Origin: Patescibacteria group bacterium
Lineage (GTDB): Bacteria > Patescibacteriota > Patescibacteriia > Patescibacteriales > UBA12465
Direction: 5' to 3'
DNA length: 64,000 nt
NCBI GenBank assembly: GCA_028687275.1
Contig: JAQUAK010000002.1
Coordinates: forward strand, 70,102 to 134,101
In this document: positions 14,897 through 24,919 of the stretch, one piece after another
How the letters are laid out: each line of letters starts with the position of its first letter
How positions within the stretch are numbered: position 1 is the first letter of the stretch
The notes under the pieces: model-generated
Databases searched by the model: none
What the model was told of the DNA's origin: nothing
The model's input: only the letters and a program-made list of their open reading frames with translations
Position numbers and translations under genes: made by a program

Positions 14897-17800
14897 ATGT
14901 ATTTAGAAAAACTGGAAATTCAAGGCTTTAAATCTTTCGCCAATAAAAATAAATTAATATTTTCCAACACTATTGATGAGAAAGGACATCGTGGATTAAC
15001 CTCTGTTGTTGGTCCTAATGGCTCTGGAAAGTCTAATATCGCCGATGCCGTCCGTTGGGTTTTAGGCGAACAAAGTCTAAAAACTTTACGCGGTAAAAAA
15101 AGTGAAGATGTAATTTTTTCCGGATCTGATCAAAAAAGCCAATTATCAATGGCTGAAGTTTCTTTATTTTTAAACAATGAAGATCGTCAAATTGCTATAA
15201 TTCAACCAATTTTAGAAAATGGCGAAGAAGAAAACGAAACTGATCCTGCAGGACGCTCTTTGTCTCCACTAGATTACGATCAAATTATTATTACCCGTCG
15301 CCTCTATCGTAGCGGCGAAAGTGAATATTTACTTAATGGCAATCGCGTCCGCTTAGCTGACATACAAATACTTTTAGCCAGAGCCAATGTTGGTCAAAAA
15401 ACTTACAGCGTTATTGGACAAGGAATGGTAGAAAATTTTCTTAACACTGGCGCCTCTGAGCGTAAAGACTTCTTTGATGAAGCTACCGGAGTAAAGCAAT
15501 TCCAAATTAAGCGTGATCAATCTTTAAATAAATTAGAAAATAGCTACGAAAATTTACGCCAAGTGGAAATGCTGCTTAATGAAATCCGTCCTCGTCTAAA
15601 AATGCTAACTCGGCAAGTTGATAAATTGAAAAAGCGAAGTCAACTAGAACAAGAATTAAGTTCTCACCAGCATCAATATTTTTTCCATCTTTGGCAGGAT
15701 ATTAATGAAAAATTAAATAATACTAATAAGCAATTAGTTATTTTAGAGAAAGAACAAGGTGAAAAAGAAAAAGAATTAGAACTAATTAATACTGGTTTAG
15801 AAAAGATCAAGCGAAGTGATGATGGGTCTAATATTTCTGAGCTACAAGAAAAATTAAGGGTATCTCAAAACGAAAGAGCTGTTATTATAAGAGATATTTC
15901 TCGCTTAAATGCTGAACTAGAACTACAGTTAGAGTCACAGGGTCAATTTGATGTTGCCTGGCTAAATAATAAGCACGAGGAATTAAAACGTGAACAAGAA
16001 CAACTAACTAAAGAGATAGGATTATTACAAAGCCAGAATCAGAGCAACAAAGAAAAAGAATTACGCGATGAACTTCAAAGAGTCGCTGAAGAAATTTCTA
16101 AAAAAGAAGTAATTAAAACTAAAAATAACCTTCGCTTAGAAGAAAAAGCTAGACTCATTAAACAAATCACTCGTTTAGACGCAACTCTGGAGGCTAATCT
16201 TGAGGCTCAGGGTCAATTTGATGTTGCCTGGCTGAATAATAAACAAGAAGAACTACGTCAATCTTTAGATAAGTTAAAAAACGAGATTGAAACAATTAAC
16301 TTAAATGAAGCACAAAGTGCAATCAAAAATTTAGAAGAAAAGCGCATCGCTCTTGATAGCCTGATTACTCGTGACAACAACGAACTACAAAATATTAATC
16401 GTGAGTTAAAGATAAACGTTAAGCCTGCGGCAGGAAGAGATGAAATTAACGAGAGCATTGAATCATTTCTTAGACAGTTAGACGCTATCAAAGAGGAACA
16501 GGATTTAGATAAAATAAAAGCCCTAATTGAAGAGGCAAAAAAAGAGTTCAAAAAGAAAATTACCACCCTGATTGATGGAGAAAATTCAATTAAGTTAGAG
16601 CAGGCTAAAACTTTACAAGAAAATATTATTAGAAATAGTGAAGAAAGACAAGAATTAATCGCTGAAATTAACGAGCTCAGACTTGATCTTTCTACTAAAC
16701 AAGAAAGACGCCGTTTACTAGAACACCAAGAACATCAATCACAGATTGAAATCCAAGATATTGAAGCTAAAATTGCTAAAAGCCAGATTAAATTTGATGC
16801 CAATAAAATTAAAGAAGAACAGTCACAAATTAATCAGAAGATTAAAGAATTAGAGGACAATATTAGTGAAGCAACAACAAGTAGTAGAACGGACGCCTTA
16901 ATTAACAAAAGACAGGAATTAATTAATGAGCTAAACGAATGTCGACTAAGTATTAATTCACGTCATGATAAAATTAAGTTGTTTTCAGAAAAACAACAAC
17001 AAAATTTAAAAGAGATTAAAGATATCCAAGACAAAATCGCAAAGAGTCAGGTTAAATTTGATGCTAACAAGCTTGAGGCTGATAAAAAATCTTTAAATAT
17101 TAAATTATCTCTACTTGATGTCGATATTAACAAATGGCAAGTTGAACTAAACCAATATAACCAAGACAAAGAAGAAGAAAAGAGGCAACTATTTTCCTAT
17201 CAATCCCAAATTCAAGAATTACAGAGTGAGTTAAATCAATTATCGAATAAAACTAATAATTATAAAATCGAAATCGCTCGTCAAGAAACAAGACTTGAAG
17301 ATTTAGAAAATAATATTAATAATGAAGAAATTGAAATTGAATCTATTAAAAATTATCAAATCAAAAATGAGGAAGAAATTGAAGATGAGCGCTTACGCAA
17401 GCGCATTAATGAATTAAAAAATCAATTAGAGCTAATTGGCGGCATTGATCCAGAGACAGAAAAAGAATTTATTGAAACCGACGAGCGCTATCAATTCTTA
17501 ACCAAACAAACTGATGATCTAAGCGCTGCCATCCAGTCGCTAGATCGAGTAATTACTGAACTAGATATTAATATCAAAGAAAGATTTGAAAAAGAATTTA
17601 AAATTATTTCAGAAAAATTTAGTGAATACTTTAAAATTCTATTCAACGGTGGTAATGCTAAAATGTTTAAATTAGAAACTGAAGATGCAAATAAAGACGC
17701 TGACGTGAATTTAGCAAATAATGATAATAAAGAAGATGAAAGATATAGACGACTAAAACAATTAAAAAAATACAGCACTTCTGGTGTTGGTGGCATTGAA

Positions 17801-18148
17801 ATTCAAGCAACGCCTCCAGGTAAAAAAATACAATCAATCTCTATGCTTTCTGGCGGCGAGAGAGCCTTAACAGCAATTGCCTTAATTTGTGCTATTATTA
17901 GTGCTAATCCATCTCCATTTGTTTTATTAGATGAAGTTGACGCCGCCCTTGATGAGTCAAACTCAGAGCGCCTAGCACAAATCCTTGACGATTTATCTGC
18001 CAAAACTCAATTTATTACCATTACTCATAATCGTGCCCTAATGAAAAGAGCAAGTATTATTTATGGTGTAACCATGAAAGCAGATAGTGTTAGCCAATTA
18101 TTAAGCATTCGTCTAGATGAAATGGAAACTTTTCAAAACAAAACTTAG
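14897..18148 (+). CDS. smc: SMC-family chromosome partition ATPase, apparently hinge-less
   Basis: N-head LEIQGFKSF...GPNGSGKSNIADAVRWVLGEQS...LRG. C-head LSGGERALTAIALICAI...LLDEVDAALD. About 650 aa of uninterrupted coiled-coil-like sequence between the heads, with no hinge-like Gly-rich globular segment. Confidence 0.85.
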   Translation: MYLEKLEIQGFKSFANKNKLIFSNTIDEKGHRGLTSVVGPNGSGKSNIADAVRWVLGEQSLKTLRGKKSEDVIFSGSDQKSQLSMAEVSLFLNNEDRQIAIIQPILENGEEENETDPAGRSLSPLDYDQIIITRRLYRSGESEYLLNGNRVRLADIQILLARANVGQKTYSVIGQGMVENFLNTGASERKDFFDEATGVKQFQIKRDQSLNKLENSYENLRQVEMLLNEIRPRLKMLTRQVDKLKKRSQLEQELSSHQHQYFFHLWQDINEKLNNTNKQLVILEKEQGEKEKELELINTGLEKIKRSDDGSNISELQEKLRVSQNERAVIIRDISRLNAELELQLESQGQFDVAWLNNKHEELKREQEQLTKEIGLLQSQNQSNKEKELRDELQRVAEEISKKEVIKTKNNLRLEEKARLIKQITRLDATLEANLEAQGQFDVAWLNNKQEELRQSLDKLKNEIETINLNEAQSAIKNLEEKRIALDSLITRDNNELQNINRELKINVKPAAGRDEINESIESFLRQLDAIKEEQDLDKIKALIEEAKKEFKKKITTLIDGENSIKLEQAKTLQENIIRNSEERQELIAEINELRLDLSTKQERRRLLEHQEHQSQIEIQDIEAKIAKSQIKFDANKIKEEQSQINQKIKELEDNISEATTSSRTDALINKRQELINELNECRLSINSRHDKIKLFSEKQQQNLKEIKDIQDKIAKSQVKFDANKLEADKKSLNIKLSLLDVDINKWQVELNQYNQDKEEEKRQLFSYQSQIQELQSELNQLSNKTNNYKIEIARQETRLEDLENNINNEEIEIESIKNYQIKNEEEIEDERLRKRINELKNQLELIGGIDPETEKEFIETDERYQFLTKQTDDLSAAIQSLDRVITELDINIKERFEKEFKIISEKFSEYFKILFNGGNAKMFKLETEDANKDADVNLANNDNKEDERYRRLKQLKKYSTSGVGGIEIQATPPGKKIQSISMLSGGERALTAIALICAIISANPSPFVLLDEVDAALDESNSERLAQILDDLSAKTQFITITHNRALMKRASIIYGVTMKADSVSQLLSIRLDEMETFQNKT

Positions 18149-18172
18149 TTAAAAATTGCATCTAATCCTATA

Positions 18173-18201
18173 AAAAAATCACTTATAATAAGTGATTTTT
18201 T
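18173..18201 (+). terminator. rho-independent-type terminator after smc
   Basis: ATCACTTAT/ATAAGTGAT stem flanked by an A-run and a T-run. Confidence 0.6.
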
Positions 18202-18377
18202 ATAAAAACAGAAAAAATAAAATTATAAATATCGGTTAAATCCCTAAACAATGGGCTATCCATAAAACAATGGCAGGGACCCCATCCATGAGATTTACTT
18301 TATCTCTGTTTTTTTGTTATAATAACAGTAATTAAACCTTATCTTCAAAGGGAAATTATTTTATTCACTATTTTAGT

Positions 18378-19748
18378 ATGTATAAAAAAATAACTTATCT
18401 TTTATTACTTAGTTTTTTTATTTTGGGCTCTGGTTTTGGTTGTAAAACAACAGATAAAAAAACAGCTGCCGCCATGCAACCAATTACCTTGACCTACTGG
18501 CGAGTTTTCGATGGCCCTGATGCTTTTAAAGATATTATAGACCAGTATAAAATCATCCACCCAAATATAACTATTAACTACCGTAAGCTACGCTATGAAG
18601 AATATGAAAATGAATTACTTAATGCTTTAGCAGAAGACCGTGGCCCAGATATTCTATCTATTCATAATACCTGGATTAAAAAATATCAAAATAAACTAGC
18701 CCCCATGCCGCCGTCAATTACGATGGCCTATCAGGAAGAAACTGGTTCAATTAAAAAAGAAATAATTAGCGTATTAAGAACTTACAATAGTCCAAACTTA
18801 AAAGATATTAAAGATAATTTTGTTGATGCTGTTTTTAATGACGTAGTTTTAGACGCCAATCAAGTCTATGGCCTCCCTTTATCGGTGGATACCTTGGCTC
18901 TTTACTACAACAGAGATTTATTTAACAATGCTGGCATCACTCAAACTCCTTTATATTGGAACAAAGAATTCCAACAAACTGTTAAAAAACTAACTAAACA
19001 AGATTCTGTTCAGGGTATAACCCAGTCTGGGATAGCTTTAGGTGGAGATGTTAATATAACCAGATTTAGTGATATTTTAGCTGTATTAATGATGCAAAAT
19101 GGAGCCACTATGATTAATGGTAATCAGGTTTTATTTAATGCTATTCCTGCCGTAACTAAGGATACAAATTATAATCCCGGTTTAGAAGCCTTACGTTTCT
19201 ATATTGATTTTGCCAACCCGGGCAAAGAAGTTTATTCTTGGAATGAGGATTTACCTAATTCTTTAGACATGTTTATTAACGGAAAATTGGCAATGATGTT
19301 TGGGTATTCTTATAATCTACCCGATATCAAAGCAGGGGCTCCAAAATTAAATTTTTCAATTAGTAAATTACCACAAATAGAAGGAAGTCCAGTGGAGGTT
19401 AATTTTGCCAATTACTGGGTAGAAAGTGTTTCGAAAAAAAGTTTACAACAAAATGAGGCCTGGGATTTTATTATTTTTGCTACTAAAGCCGAACAAGCTA
19501 AGACTTATTTAGAAAAAACCAAAAAACCCACTGCCTTAAGATCTTTGGTAGCAGAACAAAGAAGTGATATCGATATTGGCATCTTTGCTGATCAGGTATT
19601 AACCGCCAAAAGCTGGTATAAAGGTCTTGATGCTAACGCGGCAGAAACAGCCATGGCCGAGATGATTCGTAAAGCTAGACAAGGCACTGAAAAAATATTA
19701 GATGTTTTAAACACTGGGGCCTCTAAGGTTCAACAAACAATTAACTAA
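18378..19748 (+). CDS. ABC-transporter extracellular solute-binding lipoprotein (family 1)
   Basis: Lipobox LGSGFGC after the signal peptide. PDILSIHNTWI and GLPLSVDTLALYYN are typical of sugar-type SBPs. No permease or ATPase genes adjacent. Confidence 0.75.
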   Translation: MYKKITYLLLLSFFILGSGFGCKTTDKKTAAAMQPITLTYWRVFDGPDAFKDIIDQYKIIHPNITINYRKLRYEEYENELLNALAEDRGPDILSIHNTWIKKYQNKLAPMPPSITMAYQEETGSIKKEIISVLRTYNSPNLKDIKDNFVDAVFNDVVLDANQVYGLPLSVDTLALYYNRDLFNNAGITQTPLYWNKEFQQTVKKLTKQDSVQGITQSGIALGGDVNITRFSDILAVLMMQNGATMINGNQVLFNAIPAVTKDTNYNPGLEALRFYIDFANPGKEVYSWNEDLPNSLDMFINGKLAMMFGYSYNLPDIKAGAPKLNFSISKLPQIEGSPVEVNFANYWVESVSKKSLQQNEAWDFIIFATKAEQAKTYLEKTKKPTALRSLVAEQRSDIDIGIFADQVLTAKSWYKGLDANAAETAMAEMIRKARQGTEKILDVLNTGASKVQQTIN

Positions 19749-19752
19749 CTAT

Positions 19753-20169
19753 ATGTTTAAAAAACTTATTACTTATTTAGGGGTATTCTTGGTAATCTCT
19801 TTTATCGCACTAGCTCCTTTAAGCTCTCAAGCTCAAATCATTAGCTCAACTAGCACTAAATACGCTAGTGGTAATTATGATTTAAACGATATGACTCAAT
19901 TGTTTATTACAGCGGCAAACTGGATACTAGGTATCGTTGGCTCCTTAACCTTAGTTATGTTTATTTATGGCGGCTTACTATTTCTTATTTCTTCAGGCAG
20001 TAGTGAACAAATTTCTAAAGCCAAAGGAGTGCTAATCGCAGCTGTAATTGGTTTAATAATTGTATTTAGTAGTTACTTAATTATCAAATTTGTACTTTCT
20101 TCTGTTGGTATCGGTTGGGAGGGAGGAAAAACAATTATACCTATTGTAAGCGCTCCAAGCCAAAATTAA
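19753..20169 (+). CDS. TrbC/VirB2-like (T4SS-pilin-like) small membrane protein
   Basis: Signal peptide ending SQAQ, two TM helices and the loop motif LISSGSSEQISKAKGVLIAAVIGLIIV. Paralogous to the 23564-26145 cluster. Confidence 0.6.
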   Translation: MFKKLITYLGVFLVISFIALAPLSSQAQIISSTSTKYASGNYDLNDMTQLFITAANWILGIVGSLTLVMFIYGGLLFLISSGSSEQISKAKGVLIAAVIGLIIVFSSYLIIKFVLSSVGIGWEGGKTIIPIVSAPSQN

Positions 20170-20194
20170 TTTTAACTTCTTAAAAGAAACTGCC

Positions 20195-20863
20195 ATGACA
20201 GGATTTACTTTAAAGATATTGGAAAACGAACAGAGGGCGGGTGATAAATTAAAGACTGCTCGATTAAAGAAACGCATGCCCCTTGAGGATGTTTCTAAAA
20301 AATTACAGATTAGATTGGAATATTTATCAGCCCTAGAACGTGAAGAATATGGAGTATTACCATCTGGTTTATATGGCAAGCAATTTCTAAAAGAATATTG
20401 TCGTTTTCTTGGTCTTAATTTTAAACAAATTATCGTTCTTACGCCCTTCAATGAAGACAAGGAAGATGAAAATCCATTTTCCCAAAAAATTCTAAGAAAA
20501 CATAAATTTCTTGTTTTTCCCAAATTAGTTCGTAGTCTTATTTTCATTGCTCTATTTTTAATTTGTATCCTATATTTACTGATTTATTTTCGACAATTAA
20601 TATCACCGCCCAGCCTAAGTGTTGAATACCCTAATAAAAATTTAGTAACCACAGAACTTGTTATTGATGTTAGAGGTAAAAGTGATCCGGAAACAGAAAT
20701 AAGAATTAATAATGCCAGTATAATGAGCGCTAAAGATGGCAGCTTCTCTCAAGAAATTAAACTTAAACAGGGCCTGAATAAGCTCACGATTAGTGCCAAA
20801 AAGAAGTATGGCGAAGAGAGTATTATTCAACGTCAAGTCTTAGTTGAAGAAAATTATGAATAA
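20195..20863 (+). CDS. RodZ-like HTH (XRE) membrane protein
   Basis: LKTARLKKRMPLEDVSKKLQIRLEYLSALEREEY HTH, then a single TM and an extracytoplasmic beta-rich tail. Confidence 0.6.
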   Translation: MTGFTLKILENEQRAGDKLKTARLKKRMPLEDVSKKLQIRLEYLSALEREEYGVLPSGLYGKQFLKEYCRFLGLNFKQIIVLTPFNEDKEDENPFSQKILRKHKFLVFPKLVRSLIFIALFLICILYLLIYFRQLISPPSLSVEYPNKNLVTTELVIDVRGKSDPETEIRINNASIMSAKDGSFSQEIKLKQGLNKLTISAKKKYGEESIIQRQVLVEENYE

Positions 20864-21407
20864 ACCTAATAAAACAGTTCTATTTGACATTAATCGAATT
20901 TTGAATAAAATAGCAGTAGGGGAAGGCCAAAGGATTGCAGAGCTAGGTTGTGGTAATTTTGGCTATTTTGTCTTTCCTGTCGCCCAGCTCGTTGGTTCGC
21001 GCGGCCGCCTTTACGCAGTTGATATCTTGAAAAACACTTTAGAAGATATCAAAAAAAGAGCTATGCTCGAAAATATTCAACAGATTGAAACAGTTTGGAG
21101 TAATTTAGAAATATTTAAAGGCACAAAAATTGAAAGCACCAGTCTGGATCACGCCCTCTTAATAAATGTTTTACACCAATCCCCCAAGAAAGTTGAGATT
21201 CTAAGGGAGTCTGTACGTATGCTTAAGACTGGTGGGCGCTTGTTAATAATTGAATGGAAGAATATTGCCAGTCCTATTGGACCGGCAGTTAGTCAACGTG
21301 TTAATAAAGAAAATATAAAAGACGCCGCTCCGAAACTTGGATTAATATTAGAATCAGAGTTTGAAGTTGGCCCTTACCATTACGGTTTAATATTTCATAA
21401 ATCATAA
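20844..21407 (+). CDS. class I SAM-dependent methyltransferase
   Basis: Motif I IAELGCGNFGY and post-I D (AVDI). About 190 aa. Confidence 0.65.
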   Translation: MKKIMNKPNKTVLFDINRILNKIAVGEGQRIAELGCGNFGYFVFPVAQLVGSRGRLYAVDILKNTLEDIKKRAMLENIQQIETVWSNLEIFKGTKIESTSLDHALLINVLHQSPKKVEILRESVRMLKTGGRLLIIEWKNIASPIGPAVSQRVNKENIKDAAPKLGLILESEFEVGPYHYGLIFHKS

Positions 21408-21412
21408 AAATT

Positions 21413-21796
21413 ATGCAAAACTTACTAACTTGGAGTTATTGGTTCAATCTACGCCCTGAACCATTCTTACCACACATCATGCAAATATTCTTTGGCTTTC
21501 TCGTGCTTTTATTTTTATTAAGCATCTTTACCGCTGTCAAACAAAGTCGAAAGAGCTTATACCGCCACTTCTGGAAAAAGGCTTATATGTTTAGTTTAAG
21601 CAACTTAGTAATTGGCGTTATTCTCTTTTTCTTTAATTATGAAAGCGCGGCTTTTCTGGCCTCTCGTTTTTGGGTTGGAATATGGTTAATTATCATGATT
21701 CTTTGGATTCTGCCAATTATTAAAAGCCTTAGACTGGTTCCCGTCAAAAAGAAACAACGTGAACAAGAACAAGAATTTAAAAAATATATACCTTAA
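21413..21796 (+). CDS. hypothetical membrane protein
   Basis: Four predicted TM helices. Followed by a terminator at ~21796-21826. Confidence 0.4.
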   Translation: MQNLLTWSYWFNLRPEPFLPHIMQIFFGFLVLLFLLSIFTAVKQSRKSLYRHFWKKAYMFSLSNLVIGVILFFFNYESAAFLASRFWVGIWLIIMILWILPIIKSLRLVPVKKKQREQEQEFKKYIP

Positions 21797-21872
21797 AAAA
21801 ATCCCTCCAAATGGAGGGATTTTTTATTTATCTTTTACTCATAATAAAAACTTAACCTGTGTTAAAATAGTC

Positions 21873-23462
21873 CTAATTCCTACTATAAACTGAACTCAAC
21901 TTATCTTGAAAAACAATTTGCCACTCATCGGACTCCTTAATATAATCATGGAGAAAATCAGTCACAACTAAATCACTATCCTTTACATTAAGTAAGATTT
22001 TTTCCCAAGGTTGAAGTCTTATTTTTTTCTGATTATTTTTTATTAAAACTAAATCAATCTGATACTCATCTAATTTCTCTTGAGCGCTATCAATAGACTT
22101 TCTAAAATCTAAATACTCTTCTAAAATAGTGTGATTCTTGTAGACAACTTGAGGCATGCGACCATCAATAAATAATTTTTTCTCCGGGTAGGCCCAGATT
22201 AAATAACCTCCCCAATTATACTCGCTAAACATTCTCTGGCTATGTGTCTCCTGATTATTTTTTAAATAATCGACAGCGGAGCAGGGATATTGACTGTCAC
22301 AAAAACTATTAATAATATGTTGATTAAAAGGCAAGTAAGTAGAAATTAAGAGACTAGATAATAATAATGAAAGAGCTAAAAAAGATAAAATCACAACTCT
22401 AATATTGATAGTAAAATTATGCCAGACAGATTTGAAAATATCTTGATAAAATAAAACTAACAAAGGTAAGGAAACAACCACAAATAAAGGAAAATGACGC
22501 CGTGATCGCCAAGCTAACATAAAAAACAGAACAAAAAGACCGCTATCCCAAAAGCCGATTGTTTTATTTCTTTTACGATTAAACCAAACCCAAATTATAG
22601 CTCCGGCCGCACTTATGGATAAATAAATAAGTTGAGGATAATATAATGGCAAAGAAAACTGTCCTTGCCATTCTCTAATATAGGACATGTAAAAGGTGTT
22701 ACCGTAACCGCCTAAAAATGAATATAGCTGCCAACCGTAAGGATTAATTAAAGTAGCCACAACTGATAGACCTAGAATCAATAAAACTTTGTTTTTTTCT
22801 CTATTTTTTAACAACAAAAAAGAAAAATACTTTAAAAATGATAATTTAGATAAATACGGAGCTAAATATAGATACCCACAATATAAGCCTAGTAAAACTA
22901 AGCCTAAGGTAAAGCTAGCGTGCATATTTGCCCAAACTAAGAACAAAAGAGGGGTAAAATATAATAAATATTTTTTTTGTGGATAAGTATCAATAAAGAT
23001 AAGTAGAGAAACTAAACCTATTAAGCCAAACTCTTGAACCCTAATACCTAAGTGTGGCTGACTGGCCCAAAAGCCAATAAAAAGAATGATGAAGCTCAAA
23101 TACTTATTAAAATTTGAATTATACGATAAGAGGCTGCGTCGCCAACTTAAATAGAAGGCTATAAGAGCTAGGGCTAAAAATGCAAGCTGTAAAGATAAAG
23201 ATCCTAAAAAATCATAAATATAAGCCATGACGGCGTTTAATAACCATTCATGATCGATCCAGTCCTCATTAATTAAAGTATAGTTATACTGATTAAACGA
23301 AGAAATCTCGTGGCTACTAATAATGTTATTCCCAGCTTGTAAGTGCCAACCCAAATCTAAATCGGAGTAGGAAAAAGAGTTTTTTAGGAGAAAAACTAAT
23401 AATAACAACCCCGCCAGGAAAGGCATAATATAGAGCAATATTTTGTTTATTTTGGCAAACAT
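21873..23462 (-). CDS. polytopic membrane protein, possible GT-C-type glycosyltransferase
   Basis: More than 10 TM helices followed by a ~140 aa soluble C-terminal domain. Topology-based guess only. Confidence 0.4.
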   Translation of the reverse strand: MFAKINKILLYIMPFLAGLLLLVFLLKNSFSYSDLDLGWHLQAGNNIISSHEISSFNQYNYTLINEDWIDHEWLLNAVMAYIYDFLGSLSLQLAFLALALIAFYLSWRRSLLSYNSNFNKYLSFIILFIGFWASQPHLGIRVQEFGLIGLVSLLIFIDTYPQKKYLLYFTPLLFLVWANMHASFTLGLVLLGLYCGYLYLAPYLSKLSFLKYFSFLLLKNREKNKVLLILGLSVVATLINPYGWQLYSFLGGYGNTFYMSYIREWQGQFSLPLYYPQLIYLSISAAGAIIWVWFNRKRNKTIGFWDSGLFVLFFMLAWRSRRHFPLFVVVSLPLLVLFYQDIFKSVWHNFTINIRVVILSFLALSLLLSSLLISTYLPFNQHIINSFCDSQYPCSAVDYLKNNQETHSQRMFSEYNWGGYLIWAYPEKKLFIDGRMPQVVYKNHTILEEYLDFRKSIDSAQEKLDEYQIDLVLIKNNQKKIRLQPWEKILLNVKDSDLVVTDFLHDYIKESDEWQIVFQDKLSSVYSRN

Positions 23463-23563
23463 ATAAATAGTTTAGCACAAGCTAAAATATTTGTCTTAGC
23501 CTTAATATTGTGCTAAAATAAAAGCATCATTTTAATTATCAACAACTAGAAAGGTGGTGAATT

Positions 23564-23947
23564 ATGAATAAAAAAATCTTAAAGCATTTAGTTGTTTTTG
23601 CTATGTTATCTTTATTGGTTTTGCCAGTTGTAACAATGGCTCAAACTAATATTGACGTTGGCATAAACGAAATTCAAGAAGGCTTTAACGGAGAAGGTTT
23701 AAGCAATACTGATCCTCGTATCATTGTTGCTAGAATCATCAACGTAGCTATGCTTTTCTTGGGTATCATCGCTGTAGTTATCATCCTACTTGCTGGTTTC
23801 AAATGGATGACTGCCGCTGGTAATGAAGATAAGGTTGGCGAAGCTCAGAAGTTAATGGGAGCTGGTGTAATCGGTTTAGTTATCGTTCTATCCGCTTGGG
23901 GGATCGCATCCTTCTTACTCGATAGATTGATTAATGCTACCGCTTAA
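23564..23947 (+). CDS. TrbC/VirB2-like pilin paralog 1
   Basis: Strong SD (AAGGTGGTGA), signal peptide ending MAQ, and motif FKWMTAAGNEDKVGEAQKLMGAGVIGLVIV. Confidence 0.65.
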   Translation: MNKKILKHLVVFAMLSLLVLPVVTMAQTNIDVGINEIQEGFNGEGLSNTDPRIIVARIINVAMLFLGIIAVVIILLAGFKWMTAAGNEDKVGEAQKLMGAGVIGLVIVLSAWGIASFLLDRLINATA

Positions 23948-23979
23948 CTTGTTTTTAGAATCGATTTTAAAAACGCAAA

Positions 23980-24038
23980 GCCCTTGATTTTATCAAGGGC
24001 CAGCGCTCTGGAAGTCAAATTTTTTGGCTTCTAGAGCG
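23980..24038 (+). terminator. two consecutive hairpins after pilin paralog 1 (partial terminator/attenuator)
   Basis: GCCCTTGAT-TTT-ATCAAGGGC (23980-24000) and CGCTCTGGAAG...CTTCTAGAGCG (24004-24038). Confidence 0.45.
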
Positions 24039-24064
24039 GTGAAATTATACCTTAGATTAAAAAT

Positions 24065-24460
24065 ATGTCATTTAGCAAAATTACAAAATTTCTTAGTCTT
24101 TTAATACTAATAAGCCTGTTCACTGCCGGCTTTTTTAATATTGCTCTAGCACAACAAGATCCCTCATACGGGCTCGATACTAGTGCTAACAGTGTTGATG
24201 CTTTCAAGGCTCAAGTGGCCACCCCTGATCCTAATTTTTTAAGCACCAAGGTTGGAAATGTTATTGGCATTGTGTTGTCATTTGTAGGCGTCGTCTTTTT
24301 AATATTAATGATCTTTGCTGGGCTAACTTGGATGACTGCGGCTGGTAATCAAGAAAAGGTAACTAAGGCTAAAGACTTAATGATTAACGCTATTATTGGG
24401 TTAGTCATTGTTATGGCGGCTTATGCTATAACTGCCTTTGTTGGTGATCGCTTAATTTAA
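24065..24460 (+). CDS. TrbC/VirB2-like pilin paralog 2
   Basis: Signal peptide ending ALAQ; LTWMTAAGNQEKVTKAKDLMINAIIGLVIV. Confidence 0.65.
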   Translation: MSFSKITKFLSLLILISLFTAGFFNIALAQQDPSYGLDTSANSVDAFKAQVATPDPNFLSTKVGNVIGIVLSFVGVVFLILMIFAGLTWMTAAGNQEKVTKAKDLMINAIIGLVIVMAAYAITAFVGDRLI

Positions 24461-24465
24461 TTAAT

Positions 24466-24903
24466 ATGAGTCTGCACAAATTATCATTTTCCTATATTTT
24501 ATTAGTTGCTTCAGCTCTGTTTTTTTTGAATACCAATTTTGTGTTTGCCCAAAGCTATACTTTCGCTGATGACAGCGGATTAAAGCAAGCTAGCGCCCAA
24601 GCTGGCTACGACACAAGCTCTAATGACTCTTTGACAGGCTATGTCTCTAAAATAATCTCGGTGATTCTATCAGTTTTAGGAATTATCTTCTTAGCTTTCA
24701 CTATTTATGGAGGCATTGTGTGGATGACTGCGGCTGGAAATGAAGAGAAGGTTAAAAAAGCAAAAGAATTAATTATTGAGTCTATTATTGGTGTTATTAT
24801 TGTTATTGCTGCCTATGCTATTAGTTATTTTGTATTACAAGCAACTACTAATTCAGGCCTTAAAACAAATACCCCAGTTGTTACCCAGCCTAATGTCCAA
24901 TAA
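24466..24903 (+). CDS. TrbC/VirB2-like pilin paralog 3
   Basis: Signal peptide ending VFAQ; IVWMTAAGNEEKVKKAKELIIESIIGVIIV. Confidence 0.65.
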   Translation: MSLHKLSFSYILLVASALFFLNTNFVFAQSYTFADDSGLKQASAQAGYDTSSNDSLTGYVSKIISVILSVLGIIFLAFTIYGGIVWMTAAGNEEKVKKAKELIIESIIGVIIVIAAYAISYFVLQATTNSGLKTNTPVVTQPNVQ

Positions 24904-24919
24904 ATAAGCTAATTATCCC

